From the IMG/VR virus record IMGVR_UViG_3300032287_001974, positions 1 to 64,000 of that record: a DNA stretch of 64,000 nt, one strand, 5' to 3'. The DNA is from a virus. The notes under the pieces are model-generated. The model was given only the letters and a program-made list of their open reading frames with translations, searched no databases and had not been told where the DNA came from. Position 1 is the first letter of the stretch, and every line of letters begins with the position of its first letter. Positions 34,699-45,252 of the stretch are shown here, piece by piece. The translations under genes were made by a program, and so were the position numbers.

Positions 34699-36152
34699 TG
34701 TCTGACGCAGGACTATATAATCTTCAGAGCTCCGCAGCTAAAAGATCTGCTAACTCTAATGACAGGGACCTAAGCCCTGCACAGTACTACGCTAATCTTG
34801 GTGTAGATCCGTCGGTAAAGCCGGGAACTCCGCAGCCAAAGATTAAGGCGGGAACGATTATTACCACAGTCGGCCCGGCAAACAACTCTATTTGGGCACT
34901 CCAGACATCAAGACACGCCGCCGGCATTCCTGTAGTACCTGCCGCTTGCTACCCAAAGGGGCATAAACTTGCTGGCGGAGTCAGCATGGGAGTTACTAAG
35001 GTCCTGTCTTACGCTGACACGCAGAACCCTAGCGTCACTAAAAACTACACCTTTGTTAACCAGTCTGTTAAGATTAAGGGCCCTGACGGCGAGTGGCTGT
35101 ACTACCGCGGTTACTACATTCCTAAAGTTAAGACTGTTGTTGCCAAGCCGAGCGTAGACAATAAGCCTATTCCACTAAAGCCAAGCAGCCCTAATGAGTA
35201 TAGGTGGAACTTACCGCCTCACAAGTGGAGCCTTCCTGTACTGCCGTCTAGTGACCCTAACTTTATGCCAACTGGTTACAACCGACCTCCGTCACAAGAC
35301 CGATACCGTCGTGGCCGTTTGTGGTGGAAGTCTAGTGACCCTAACCTGTCTATCGGTACCAGCACTGACAATAGCAAAAACTCTAGTGTTGCAGGAAAAG
35401 ACGACGCTCACAAATACGGGTTTCAGTTCCTGTGGAACCCGGAAAAGTTTACTACCTCAGTTCAAGTAAACATGGATGCTACCCCCTCTGCACAAGACCG
35501 TTTTATTGGTGGCCCTGGTTACTTCCCAGCTACTGAAGTTCTCTCACTGACTATCAGGATTGACAGAACTAATGACTTTGCTTGCGCAGCTAGCATGTTT
35601 GATCGCCCCACCTGGTCGGCTCCTCCTACCCTACTTAAAAGAGATTCGGGACTGTCTCAGGACATTATTAATTTAACCAACGCAGGGCTTCTTGCAAATA
35701 ACTTTGCTAAACACCAAAACTTTGTCGATAAGTCACAAGTAGCGCAGTTTATTCAGTACTACCGCGTCAACGGCAGCTTTGCTCAAGACGAAACAAATGC
35801 GTCTATCGAAGCAAAACTTATTGACCTGTATCAGCGCGGCACTTTGGCTGATATTGAGTTTTTGCTTAGAGCTATTAACGGCTCTGGACCGGGTAGCGGT
35901 AGAAACGGTAAACCGGTTACGTGGGCCAATGGTCGAGGTATTTCTACCGCCGACATTGGGTTTCTTGTTCCTACCGTTCTAAACATTGACGTTGGTCCGT
36001 TGTCTTACCAAGGTTACGTAACTAGCTTGTCAATCGAACACGGGGCTTTCACTCAGGACATGATTCCTATTCGTTCTGACCTTACTGTTTCATTTAACCT
36101 ACTGGCTACAGTCGGCCTTACCGCACCTGAGTTGGCAGGAGGAACTAAATAA
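34698..36152 (+). CDS. Baseplate hub/tube-initiator-like protein
   Basis: FQFLWNPE...GYVTSLSIEH..F...MIPIRSDL motifs. Confidence 0.65.
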   Translation: MSDAGLYNLQSSAAKRSANSNDRDLSPAQYYANLGVDPSVKPGTPQPKIKAGTIITTVGPANNSIWALQTSRHAAGIPVVPAACYPKGHKLAGGVSMGVTKVLSYADTQNPSVTKNYTFVNQSVKIKGPDGEWLYYRGYYIPKVKTVVAKPSVDNKPIPLKPSSPNEYRWNLPPHKWSLPVLPSSDPNFMPTGYNRPPSQDRYRRGRLWWKSSDPNLSIGTSTDNSKNSSVAGKDDAHKYGFQFLWNPEKFTTSVQVNMDATPSAQDRFIGGPGYFPATEVLSLTIRIDRTNDFACAASMFDRPTWSAPPTLLKRDSGLSQDIINLTNAGLLANNFAKHQNFVDKSQVAQFIQYYRVNGSFAQDETNASIEAKLIDLYQRGTLADIEFLLRAINGSGPGSGRNGKPVTWANGRGISTADIGFLVPTVLNIDVGPLSYQGYVTSLSIEHGAFTQDMIPIRSDLTVSFNLLATVGLTAPELAGGTK

Positions 36153-36433
36153 TGACTATTCACATTGGTTCTCGATACGAAGACTCAGTAGTAGATTTTG
36201 TAGCGTTCTCTCAAGACGGGGACGCCGCTCCTATTGTCTTCTACGAGTTTTCTGACATCGGTCAGATTCAGTACGTTGAGTACACGTGGAAAGAGGGAGA
36301 CCGCCTAGACCAGGTAGCAGCTAAGTTTTACCAGTACCCCGACCACTGGTGGATCATTGCTGAATATAACCCCAACGTTACTGACCCGCAAAATATTCCC
36401 GCTGGAACAAAGTTAAGGATACCTAGTGTCTAA
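36152..36433 (+). CDS. LysM/gpX-like baseplate protein
   Basis: EGDRLDQVAAKFY....WWIIAEYNP....IPAGTKLRIP. Confidence 0.85.
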   Translation: MTIHIGSRYEDSVVDFVAFSQDGDAAPIVFYEFSDIGQIQYVEYTWKEGDRLDQVAAKFYQYPDHWWIIAEYNPNVTDPQNIPAGTKLRIPSV

Positions 36434-37739
36434 CTTTGTAAGGCTTGATTTGCCTAATAACCAGTTTAAATTTAAGCGTGTCTACAAACTTAGTTACATG
36501 CAGGAAAACTACCACCATGATTTTGCCCGTGTCTACTTTAGAGACTGGGCAATTAGCCCTACTCAACTGAGGTCCGGTTCTCCGATGGTAATTCAGTTGC
36601 ACGGTAAAAAGTTCTATGGGTATGTGCACGACGTGCGCTCCCACCAAGATAACAACAGCAACTTTACTGAGATCGGTTTTATTGGCGCATCTTGGGTGAT
36701 GAGACAGGCTAGCCAGCAAGTATACAATGACGTTACAGCTGACCAGATCGTTGTGCAAATTGCTAAGAAATACAACTTTGGATACAAAGTTACTGCGCAC
36801 CCACGCGTGTTCCCGCACATTTCTCAGGGCGGGTTAACTGACTGGGAGTTCATGGTAAAGCTAGCAAAGCAGTCTGGGTATTTCTTGCGCGCCGAAAACA
36901 CAGTTCTGTACTTCCAGCCCCTGCTAGAGGACTTTGACGGCCTGATCAACGAAGCTAAAGATTTTATTAAGGCTGACGCTGGTGTTAAGTCCGGCCCCCC
37001 TTTGTATTACTTTAAGCCAATTGTAGGGGAGACACTGGTGCACCACGGTGCAGATAAGTCAGCTGTATCAATTGCAGGTGTTAACCCAGAGACTGGTAAA
37101 CTATTTAAATACACTAAACAAACCCGATCAAAGTCCACCAGAGCAAAATCTAATCCTGAAATGTTTGATAAGCACGCCACCAACGTTGTAGCTAACAGCT
37201 ATGAGGCCGCCGTGTCTGAGGCAGTAGCTGCCGACAATAAAAGCCTTTTTCCTTATCAGGCTGACGCTCAGGTTATCGGTACCCCATCTTTGCGCCCCGG
37301 CATGCCTATACACCTATCTAATTTAGGAAAAGACTTCTCCGGCTATTGGACCATTCTTCGGGTAGAGCACGAGGTTCTTGAGGAATCTCTAAACGTTCAG
37401 GTTTACAGCACTACCCTGAGCCTAGGCACAGACTCACTTGGAGAAACCTCTAAGCCTCAATACCCTAGGCGTCCGGCCGCTAAACCTGCCCGCAACATTG
37501 TCCCTAACGTTAGGAACACCAGACTTAAGCCAGAAACCAAACTTAAAAGCAGCGGGCTCCACGTGCAGCAAACTAAAACGACTGCTTTAGTCGGACGTGT
37601 TAACCGCGCTGACCTAAAATCTAAATCATTAGTTAAGGCGGCGTGGACCTCTGTTCAGGGAAATCTGAACACCAAACAGCCGTCTCCTACATCTCCAGTG
37701 CAAAGGTTTAAGGTGAACGCTAATGCAGCACGAGGTTAG
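36426..37739 (+). CDS. Baseplate hub protein (gpD/gp27-like)
   Basis: SQGGLTDWEFMVKLA, LYFQP, G.PSLRPG and SGYWTI..VEH motifs. Confidence 0.8.
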   Translation: MSNFVRLDLPNNQFKFKRVYKLSYMQENYHHDFARVYFRDWAISPTQLRSGSPMVIQLHGKKFYGYVHDVRSHQDNNSNFTEIGFIGASWVMRQASQQVYNDVTADQIVVQIAKKYNFGYKVTAHPRVFPHISQGGLTDWEFMVKLAKQSGYFLRAENTVLYFQPLLEDFDGLINEAKDFIKADAGVKSGPPLYYFKPIVGETLVHHGADKSAVSIAGVNPETGKLFKYTKQTRSKSTRAKSNPEMFDKHATNVVANSYEAAVSEAVAADNKSLFPYQADAQVIGTPSLRPGMPIHLSNLGKDFSGYWTILRVEHEVLEESLNVQVYSTTLSLGTDSLGETSKPQYPRRPAAKPARNIVPNVRNTRLKPETKLKSSGLHVQQTKTTALVGRVNRADLKSKSLVKAAWTSVQGNLNTKQPSPTSPVQRFKVNANAARG

Positions 37740-38430
37740 GTATCCAGGTTTCTATCGGGCCGTTGTAGTAGACAATAACGACCCAAAAAACTTAGGCCGT
37801 ATTAAAATGATGGTTCCGCAAGTCTCTGGCGAGAGCGTAACTGACTGGGCATGGCCTGTGCTAGGCGGCATTTCTGGGTTTAACCCTGTCTACGGTGAGT
37901 GGCAAGCAGACTACGCTCAGACGGCCGCGAGCACTACTGCAGCCTACGCTGTGACCTTTGGGACTAATGATGGCGCATACGGCATAGACCTGGAAAACAA
38001 CAGTGAAATTCACTTTAGTTTGGCCGGTATATACAATATCCAGTTCTCGTTTCAGTTTGAGAACACTGCTGCAGCTGACCACGATGTGACTATTTGGCTT
38101 CGTAAAAACGGCGCAGACGTGCAGGGCTCTGCCGGATTTGTAGCGGTACCCAGCAAACACGGCAGTATAAACGGGCACACAATTGCTGCGTGGAACTACG
38201 TGCTTGAGTTTGCCGCCAATGATTACTTTGAAATTATGTGGCACGTAGATAATACTGCTGTGAGTATGCCGTACTACCCGCCCGGCACCTCGCCTACCCA
38301 CCCTTCTGCAGCCAGCTCCATCCTTACCGTAGCTGCCGTAGGTAAGGTAACCCCAGCTGCCTCCGGCGGGGTTTGGGCGGCTTACGAAGGCGGAGACCCT
38401 AATTTCCCACTATGGATTGGAACATTTTAA
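37723..38430 (+). CDS. Baseplate spike OB-fold protein (gpV/gp5-like) with inserted C1q-like domain
   Basis: YRAVVVDNNDPKNLGRIK..VP....TDWAWP and VWAAYEGGDPNFPLWIG halves flank an insertion. Confidence 0.8.
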   Translation: MQHEVRYPGFYRAVVVDNNDPKNLGRIKMMVPQVSGESVTDWAWPVLGGISGFNPVYGEWQADYAQTAASTTAAYAVTFGTNDGAYGIDLENNSEIHFSLAGIYNIQFSFQFENTAAADHDVTIWLRKNGADVQGSAGFVAVPSKHGSINGHTIAAWNYVLEFAANDYFEIMWHVDNTAVSMPYYPPGTSPTHPSAASSILTVAAVGKVTPAASGGVWAAYEGGDPNFPLWIGTF

Positions 38431-38837
38431 TGGCCGGATCAGTATTTACTATACCGTTTAGCTTTAACAACATTGGCCAGACCTCGGCCACTGAGGACCC
38501 AAAGCAGTACTGGAAACAGCGAATTGTTCTGGTCTTGGCTACCCGCTTTGGTGAGCGAGTGATGCGACCCGACTTTGGCAGTGACCTGTACACCGCCCTC
38601 TTTGAAAACGAGGCTATGGCCGCTGACATAGCCCAGAGAACTATTAATATCGCCTTTAATACTTGGCTCCGTGAATTACAATTAATAGAGGTTATACCTA
38701 GCTACGACTACACCACCGGCTACCTGGATGTTTATGTCAGATACAACTTGCCTACTGGGGACGAGGACAACGTATCTATTAGTACAGCTATATTCAACCG
38801 AACCGGAGACTTGATCCAGGAGATAACTAATGGCTAA
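38430..38837 (+). CDS. Baseplate wedge gp25/gpW-like protein
   Basis: LATRFGERVMRPDFGS. Confidence 0.9.
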   Translation: MAGSVFTIPFSFNNIGQTSATEDPKQYWKQRIVLVLATRFGERVMRPDFGSDLYTALFENEAMAADIAQRTINIAFNTWLRELQLIEVIPSYDYTTGYLDVYVRYNLPTGDEDNVSISTAIFNRTGDLIQEITNG

Positions 38838-40536
38838 TTCTGTAAACTACATACCGCAGGTAGACTATACCTCCCGCGACTACTCCGCTATTCGTGACGA
38901 TCTGCTTAATCTTATTAACCAGTACAATCCTGCGTGGACAAGCCGTGACCCATCTGATTTAGGTATGACACTTGTAGAACTGTTTGCCTACATGGGCGAC
39001 CTTATGAACTTCTACACTGACCGTGCCGCAAACGAGGGATTCCTAGCCACCGCTAGCCAACGTGACAGCATCTTGCAGATGGCTGCAATGTTGGGCTACG
39101 CGCCTACAAAAGCAGTAGCCGCTACTACTACATTGACGCTTACTAACTCAACCGCCTCCGCAGTTACTTTTCCGGCCAAAACTCAAGTAGCTACTACGGC
39201 AGTAGTTAATGGTTTAAACACTCAAGTTGTGTTTGAAACAGACGTCGCAGTTACCGTTGCCGCTAAAGTTTCCGGAGTTAACGGAACCGCCTCAGTAGCG
39301 GCTACCGAAGGTGTCACTACTACTCTTGAAGACCTGGGGCCATCTACTGGATCGCCAAGTCAGGTATTTAGACTTGCAAACACAGGTGTAATTAACGACA
39401 GTATCACTGTGACCGTTAACAATGTTGTTTACACTTACCTGACCTCAATGGTTGAGAGCAACAGCTTTGACACTGTGTTTACTACAATAAACGATGCCGA
39501 TGAAAACACTTACATCATCTTTGGTGACGGAGTTATGGGACGAGTCCCAGCAGCTGGAAATACTGTCTACGCCACTTACCGCACCGGTAATGGGCACGCA
39601 GGAAACGTACCAGCACAGACGCTAAAAAGTTTCCTAACTAACTCTGCGGCTGGTGTTACCGTAACTAACGGTTCTGCGGCTACTGGCGGCGCTGATGAAG
39701 AGTCTTCTGACTCTATTCGACTGAACACCCCTAGGGCCCTTAAGTCCCTAAACCGAGCTGTATCGCTTAGGGACTACGCCTACCTAGCTTTGCAGGTTTC
39801 AGGCGTAGCAAAAGCAAGCGCGGACGCAAACTCGTTTAACAGCATTATCCTGTACATGGCTCCTTCCGGAGACCCTGGAGTAAGTGCGGGTGTTGCTACC
39901 CCAGCCTTTACTGCGTTAGCGGACAAGGTAGCGGCCTACTTCATGGACAAGACGGCTCCAAACGTATCGCTGACTATTCTTCCGCCTACTTACGTCCCTG
40001 TGAACTTAGAGATCACTGTGCGAGTGCTGCCTCAGTACCAACAGAGCGTTGTAGTTGGTCAGGTCAATACTGCGCTTTCACAGCTCGTTTCTACTGATAG
40101 CTCATTCTTTGCGGACTTGATTCCAGTGCAGTACTTACTTACCAGCGCAAGCACAGTAAATGGCGTTGACTACATCACTGTAGAGCACCTACGCAAAAAC
40201 ACAAGCGAGCAATCTTTCACCGTCTCTAGCTACACCAGAACATCTAACGTGGCACAGCTAACTACAAGTGCTACGCACAACATTACTGTTGGCCAGACAA
40301 TTAAAGTCACCAACTCAGCTAACGGTGGAAACAACGTAGATACCGCTGCAGCCGTAGTAACCGCTGTGGGCGCAACTACTATCTCGTTTGCAAACACAGG
40401 CGGCAACTTGGGCGCTACTACGCCAACAGTTACATCCACTGTACGAGCCAACGTCGTTGAGACAATCTCGTGCGCAGTCAACGAAATCCCATCAAAGGGC
40501 ACCTTCACCCTAACCGGTGTCGGTGGTATTCAGTAA
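38830..40536 (+). CDS. Baseplate wedge J/gp6-like protein
   Basis: DYTSRDY, FGDGVMGRVP, GGADEES and RAVSLRDY motifs. Confidence 0.9.
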   Translation: MANSVNYIPQVDYTSRDYSAIRDDLLNLINQYNPAWTSRDPSDLGMTLVELFAYMGDLMNFYTDRAANEGFLATASQRDSILQMAAMLGYAPTKAVAATTTLTLTNSTASAVTFPAKTQVATTAVVNGLNTQVVFETDVAVTVAAKVSGVNGTASVAATEGVTTTLEDLGPSTGSPSQVFRLANTGVINDSITVTVNNVVYTYLTSMVESNSFDTVFTTINDADENTYIIFGDGVMGRVPAAGNTVYATYRTGNGHAGNVPAQTLKSFLTNSAAGVTVTNGSAATGGADEESSDSIRLNTPRALKSLNRAVSLRDYAYLALQVSGVAKASADANSFNSIILYMAPSGDPGVSAGVATPAFTALADKVAAYFMDKTAPNVSLTILPPTYVPVNLEITVRVLPQYQQSVVVGQVNTALSQLVSTDSSFFADLIPVQYLLTSASTVNGVDYITVEHLRKNTSEQSFTVSSYTRTSNVAQLTTSATHNITVGQTIKVTNSANGGNNVDTAAAVVTAVGATTISFANTGGNLGATTPTVTSTVRANVVETISCAVNEIPSKGTFTLTGVGGIQ

Positions 40537-40545
40537 GGAAATATA

Positions 40546-41031
40546 ATGCCATTAGCAAACGCTTATTACCCCGGGAACATTAAGACGGACTTTACTACAA
40601 AGGTAAACAACACCGACATCGTAGATGCGTCGCACCCTAACATCTTGCAGGATGAGGTGATCGCTATTGAGACATACCTTGGAGTTAACCCGCACGTAGG
40701 AACAAGAACCTACACCACGTCAGGCTTTACGACTGGTACCAGCCACGCCTCCGTAGCGGCTCGCCTTACCAACCTTGAAGTTGGTATCACAGGAGACGTC
40801 CACACCCAGTACGTGAAGATTGTCGGCGGAAGCACAATTACTGCGGCTACTTCAGGTACTAAAGGTTTGGTAGTCAAAGCTGCAGCTAGCCAATCAGCTA
40901 ACCTGTTGGAGTTCCAGCCTAGCGGGTCAACCACTCCAATTGCTTACATCACCGCAGCTGGCGGGCTGGTGGACACACGAGTCACCGAAGACATCGACAA
41001 CTTACACGTACTTACTTACGTATTTGGCTAA
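40546..41031 (+). CDS. Baseplate/fibre-associated protein
   Basis: H.N.LQDEVIAIETYLG motif. Confidence 0.6.
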   Translation: MPLANAYYPGNIKTDFTTKVNNTDIVDASHPNILQDEVIAIETYLGVNPHVGTRTYTTSGFTTGTSHASVAARLTNLEVGITGDVHTQYVKIVGGSTITAATSGTKGLVVKAAASQSANLLEFQPSGSTTPIAYITAAGGLVDTRVTEDIDNLHVLTYVFG

Positions 41032-41043
41032 TTAGGGATTTAA

Positions 41044-43053
41044 ATGGCGCTCTACGGCAGTAATTTTTATAACCTCTTCACCTATGGTGCGGAGACGCTC
41101 GCTGACTTTGACGCCAGACCTATCTTCTCTAATCCTACTGATTACAAAACCATTTCTGTCTGGTGGACCAAACCGTCGGGTGACTGGTCACAGCTCGTTC
41201 TAGTTAGAAGCAGCTTGGGATTCCCAGTAACTCCAGATGATGGAATTACTCTTCTAACCACAACCTTTGCTAACCACGACTCTTTGCAGCTTCCGTTTGT
41301 AGACGTTGGTGCCGACTTTGTTGGCGGACAGGGATTGGCCGAAGGCCAGACGTACTACTACTCTGTATTTGTAAAGCGCACCTCAGATAGTTTGTGGTTT
41401 AGGGCCGGTAATACACTTTGCATTTCTGTAAAAGATTATGGAACTGCATCTTTGATGTACAACTACATACCGACACCATATAAAGTTACAGACTTTAATA
41501 CTGCGTTGACCCCGTCACCAGGAACTAACAACGACCTATATAACTTCCTAAAGGTCTTTGCTTTTGAGTACGACCTCATTAAGACAACCGCCGAGAACGT
41601 TAAAAACAGATACAACATCAGACTTTTGGATGGGCGACTTATCCCACTAATGATGGACCAGTTTGGCTGGACCTACGAGTCTGAGATGGGTATTGCCCAA
41701 GGTAGACGACTGCTTCAGTACGCAGCCCAAATTTACATGACTAAGGGCTCAGTGTACGGAGTCAAAGCTTTTGCTAAAGCGTTCTCCGGCTACGGGGCTT
41801 CTTTGGGCACTGCTGTAAACCTCATGCTTACACAGGATGACTCGTCGTTTGAAGACACAGTCGGCTCTTGGAACACCGTGACTAATGGAACAGCTACGGC
41901 TATTACTGGATTGGCTGAGTCGCCTGTAGTGCCTCCGTACGCAGAGTCAACTGCGCCTTCTAATTTCCCTAACCTGCAGACTGGTATTCTCAAGATTGCC
42001 GCCAGTGCTTCTGGCGGAACCGTATCTACTTCGTGCGGTGCGTCTGCGCCTGTTACTAAAGGCATTCCAGTAACGGCAAGCACAGCGTACACCTTTAGCA
42101 TTTACGCTAGGTCTAAAACTACCGCCCGAGCAGTTTCTATAAATATTAACTGGTATGACAGAGACGGCACCCTCCTTGGCCAAGGCACGGCAGCTACCAC
42201 TACTACTTCAACTAGCGCCTGGGCTCGATTGACAAAGATCACGGCTACTGCCCCTAGCACTGCGCAGTTTGCCGTACCTACTATCTCTATCGCGAGCACC
42301 GCGGCTAACGAGGTTCACTACTTTGACGCAGCTCAGTTCCAGCTAGGGTCTTCCGCAACTGACTTTGTAGATGCCCGACGCGTAGATATTTACCTACAGC
42401 CTAACCGCATCAACTACATTAAAAACCCAAGCTTTGAGTCGGTGACTACTAACTGGTCTGTCTCTGACGCTACGGCTACTGTGTTTGCTGACGGTGCAAC
42501 TACAGGAAGCACAAACTGCCTAAAACTTGCAGTAACAGCGGCAAGCCCTACGGCCACTACTTCTTCCTATAGCAACGTGACAGCCGGCAAAGACTACACC
42601 GCGAGCGCTTACGTTAAAGGCACAGCCGGAAGAACCTCTCACATACGAATTTATTGGTATGACTCGTCTAACACATTGTTAAGTTTTTCCGCGGGTAGCG
42701 ACGTCACCTTAAGCGCTACGGCATGGCAAAGAGAAACGGTAACTGGCCTTGCGCCAACCGGTGCTGCTAAAGCTAAGGTATCTATTCGATACTCAGCAAG
42801 CACCGTGTCTGGAGACACAGTTTACGCAGACTCTGTTTTATTTGAGCCAGGTAACGTAGCTAACCCATATTTTGATGGCAGCAATGGGTACAAACAAGCC
42901 ACTGATTTGTTATGGGAAAGTAACGACACGGTCAACGGTCTGTCTATGTACTACAAGAATAGGACTAACACTACCCTGCGTTTAAAGAACATTATGGGCG
43001 ACTACATTGACGTCGGATCCCCGTGGGCACTATTTACTGGAACCATTATTTGA
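41044..43053 (+). CDS. Baseplate wedge (gpI/gp7-like) with two carbohydrate-binding-module-like repeats
   Basis: IYMTKGS motif; two NL...SFE....W / YT.S.Y / I.WYD / W.R..T..AP..A / D...F repeats. Confidence 0.75.
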   Translation: MALYGSNFYNLFTYGAETLADFDARPIFSNPTDYKTISVWWTKPSGDWSQLVLVRSSLGFPVTPDDGITLLTTTFANHDSLQLPFVDVGADFVGGQGLAEGQTYYYSVFVKRTSDSLWFRAGNTLCISVKDYGTASLMYNYIPTPYKVTDFNTALTPSPGTNNDLYNFLKVFAFEYDLIKTTAENVKNRYNIRLLDGRLIPLMMDQFGWTYESEMGIAQGRRLLQYAAQIYMTKGSVYGVKAFAKAFSGYGASLGTAVNLMLTQDDSSFEDTVGSWNTVTNGTATAITGLAESPVVPPYAESTAPSNFPNLQTGILKIAASASGGTVSTSCGASAPVTKGIPVTASTAYTFSIYARSKTTARAVSININWYDRDGTLLGQGTAATTTTSTSAWARLTKITATAPSTAQFAVPTISIASTAANEVHYFDAAQFQLGSSATDFVDARRVDIYLQPNRINYIKNPSFESVTTNWSVSDATATVFADGATTGSTNCLKLAVTAASPTATTSSYSNVTAGKDYTASAYVKGTAGRTSHIRIYWYDSSNTLLSFSAGSDVTLSATAWQRETVTGLAPTGAAKAKVSIRYSASTVSGDTVYADSVLFEPGNVANPYFDGSNGYKQATDLLWESNDTVNGLSMYYKNRTNTTLRLKNIMGDYIDVGSPWALFTGTII

Positions 43054-43079
43054 CAAACGTCCTGACTCGGACTTAGTAT
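43050..43079 (+). promoter_or_regulatory. SigA-type promoter for the replication operon
   Basis: TTGACA-N18-TAGTAT. Confidence 0.6.
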
Positions 43080-43105
43080 GGGATCTCCGTTCATAGGAGG
43101 CAAAC

Positions 43106-43690
43106 ATGAGACGAGTAACCATCGCGGTTATAGGTAACGCAAAAACAACCCGAGCCAACCTAGAGGCTCTAATCAGCGACGTAGTTGAGTCAGTAGATGA
43201 GGCTACCATCGTAACTGTGTACAACGAAGCTCCGTCTGAGGGGCTTATCTGGGCAACCCAGTACGCGCAGGACAAGGGCATAGAGTCCCTACAGTATCCA
43301 GACAACAACTATGAAACTCTAGTGGCTGACCACAAGCGGGACGAACTTCGCTTTTTTATGCTTTGGTCCGATGAGGACCCTGAGTGCCAACTAGCTGCTT
43401 CTATGGCCCAGGAGCACAACATCCCAGCATATGACCTAACTGATGGTCTTATGTTAATTTCCCTAAATCAAGCCCCAATCTCCAGGCCGGCTAAGACTGA
43501 ACCGCCAGTTATTGAGGCTGTTGTAAACCCCGCACCAACCCAACAACCGGAGCCTGATGTAGAAGAACCTGTAGAGGAAGGGCTTGAAGAGTATGATCTC
43601 GGAGAGGTCATGACCCTGGCTCTTGAAGAGGCTGGTAAAATATTTGCTCGGTCATTTGCTGCCGAGTTCATGAGACTTCTAAAGAAGTAG
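43106..43690 (+). CDS. Hypothetical protein (Rossmann-like N-terminus)
   Basis: AGGAGG RBS. Confidence 0.7.
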   Translation: MRRVTIAVIGNAKTTRANLEALISDVVESVDEATIVTVYNEAPSEGLIWATQYAQDKGIESLQYPDNNYETLVADHKRDELRFFMLWSDEDPECQLAASMAQEHNIPAYDLTDGLMLISLNQAPISRPAKTEPPVIEAVVNPAPTQQPEPDVEEPVEEGLEEYDLGEVMTLALEEAGKIFARSFAAEFMRLLKK

Positions 43691-43691
43691 C

Positions 43692-44573
43692 ATGGAAGAG
43701 CTAAGCACGTCAGCGCAACGCTGGCTACGTTTCTTTACCCAAAACCCAGAGCTGCCTTTAAATTACCTTACAATTATGAGCATGGACGTTAGTCGTGCTC
43801 GCAGTGTGGCAATCCTAAAAGAACTAAAGGAATTTGGTTTTGTTCAGGTGGTCAAGCGTATTGGTGGAGGTTCTTCACTTAAGCTTGCACGCAACGGAGC
43901 TTCCAATGCGGTAGGCTCCGGAGCTTCCAATACGGTAGGCTCTGGTTATAGCTATACAGCTAGTAGTGCTATTTCCAATAGCTATACAGCTAGTACTGCT
44001 AATAAAGCTACAAATAAATTCCTCGACGGGGTCGAGGGAGAGGAAAATAAAATGGGTGACGATTGGTTTGATAGAACCTACGGCTCTAGCGATGACCTTG
44101 CTCGTGACCGTAAGCGGCACATGGAGCAGAAGAAGGCCGAGTACACAGAGGCCCGCGAAGTCAAAGCAGCACAGCGCAAAGACAAGCACCGCTCAAACAT
44201 TGATCCGGTCAGCTGGACTTGCAAAGACGTTGCGTACGAGTTCTCTGACCGCATGGCAAACATCTGGAGCATCAAGCCGTTTAGCGTTACCCAGTCTAGG
44301 TTTGTCCAGGCACTTGCAGTATTCCGCAAACAGCACGATACCGACGGCGCGCTAGAGCTTGCTATTGTAGATCTTTTCTTCAGCACCCTGCAGCACGACA
44401 AGTACACCGATGGCAACCACCTGTGGAGAGCGTTTTTGTACAAGGCTCCGTCTCTAATCCAGACAGCACGCGAGCGCACAATTTCAGTTGAACAGCGCGA
44501 GACCGATATCATTAAGGACCAAGAGCTAACTTCTAAGAAGCTTTCACTACTAGACGAGGACGACGATGTATAA
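43692..44573 (+). CDS. Replication initiator (wHTH) carrying internal iterons
   Basis: ILKELKEFGFV wHTH; internal direct repeats; precedes the DnaC-like loader. Confidence 0.65.
   Translation: MEELSTSAQRWLRFFTQNPELPLNYLTIMSMDVSRARSVAILKELKEFGFVQVVKRIGGGSSLKLARNGASNAVGSGASNTVGSGYSYTASSAISNSYTASTANKATNKFLDGVEGEENKMGDDWFDRTYGSSDDLARDRKRHMEQKKAEYTEAREVKAAQRKDKHRSNIDPVSWTCKDVAYEFSDRMANIWSIKPFSVTQSRFVQALAVFRKQHDTDGALELAIVDLFFSTLQHDKYTDGNHLWRAFLYKAPSLIQTARERTISVEQRETDIIKDQELTSKKLSLLDEDDDV
43895..44020. repeat. Putative origin: 2x24-bp tandem repeat, 2x24-bp repeat at 30-bp spacing, AT-rich flank
   Basis: CGGAGCTTCCAATRCGGTAGGCTC at 43895 and 43919; ATAGCTATACAGCTAGTASTGCTA at 43948 and 43978. Confidence 0.75.
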
Positions 44574-45252
44574 GCCAGACGAACTTCCGGCCAGACGCCG
44601 TACCTGGGTAAAGATTGCCAGCCTTCCACCAGCCAAAATTGGCTGGACTCTAGAGGACTGCAAGGATGTGCCCGCAGAAACACTTGGCCATATAAACAAG
44701 TGGATGAAAGCTGTAAGCGCCGATAAGGTAATTCGTGCTGAGGGCAAAGAGACCTGTGGTCTTGGATTGATGCTGTACGGCCTTCCAGGGCGCGGTAAGA
44801 CCACGGTTGCCAATACCATACTCCAGGAGGTTATCCGCACCATAGACCCCGCTGTGCTCGGTATGGAGCCGGGGAAGGCCGTTTCTCGTCCTTGCTACTT
44901 CATCACCTACAACGGCCTACTGGACCTAAAAGGTTCCATTATGGAGAACCACGACAACACTGAGGAACTGCTGTACAACAGCATTTTGGGTGAGGCTGAG
45001 GATGACGCCTACAATGTCAGGCTGCTAGTTCTAGATGATGTAGGCAAGGAGCACGCCAGCGCATCAGGGTGGCAAAAGAACATGCTGCACCACGTATTGC
45101 GTACTAGGTTTAACAATGGTTTGCCAACTATTGTGACTACCAACATCCGCCTTGATGACTGGGAGGCCCACTACGGGTCCGCTACCCAATCGTTTGTTCA
45201 TGAGGCGTTTCTGTACATCAATATGGACTCAATTACGGATCTGAGGAAGTAA
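44566..45252 (+). CDS. DnaC/IstB-like AAA+ helicase loader
   Basis: GLPGRGKT, LLVLDDVGKE and PTIVTTN motifs. Confidence 0.9.
   Translation: MYKPDELPARRRTWVKIASLPPAKIGWTLEDCKDVPAETLGHINKWMKAVSADKVIRAEGKETCGLGLMLYGLPGRGKTTVANTILQEVIRTIDPAVLGMEPGKAVSRPCYFITYNGLLDLKGSIMENHDNTEELLYNSILGEAEDDAYNVRLLVLDDVGKEHASASGWQKNMLHHVLRTRFNNGLPTIVTTNIRLDDWEAHYGSATQSFVHEAFLYINMDSITDLRK

Noticed and set aside
44078-44683. 201 aa antisense ORF and the many other opposite-strand ORFs in the track
   Set aside because: They are shadows of well-supported genes on the other strand, with no RBS or motifs
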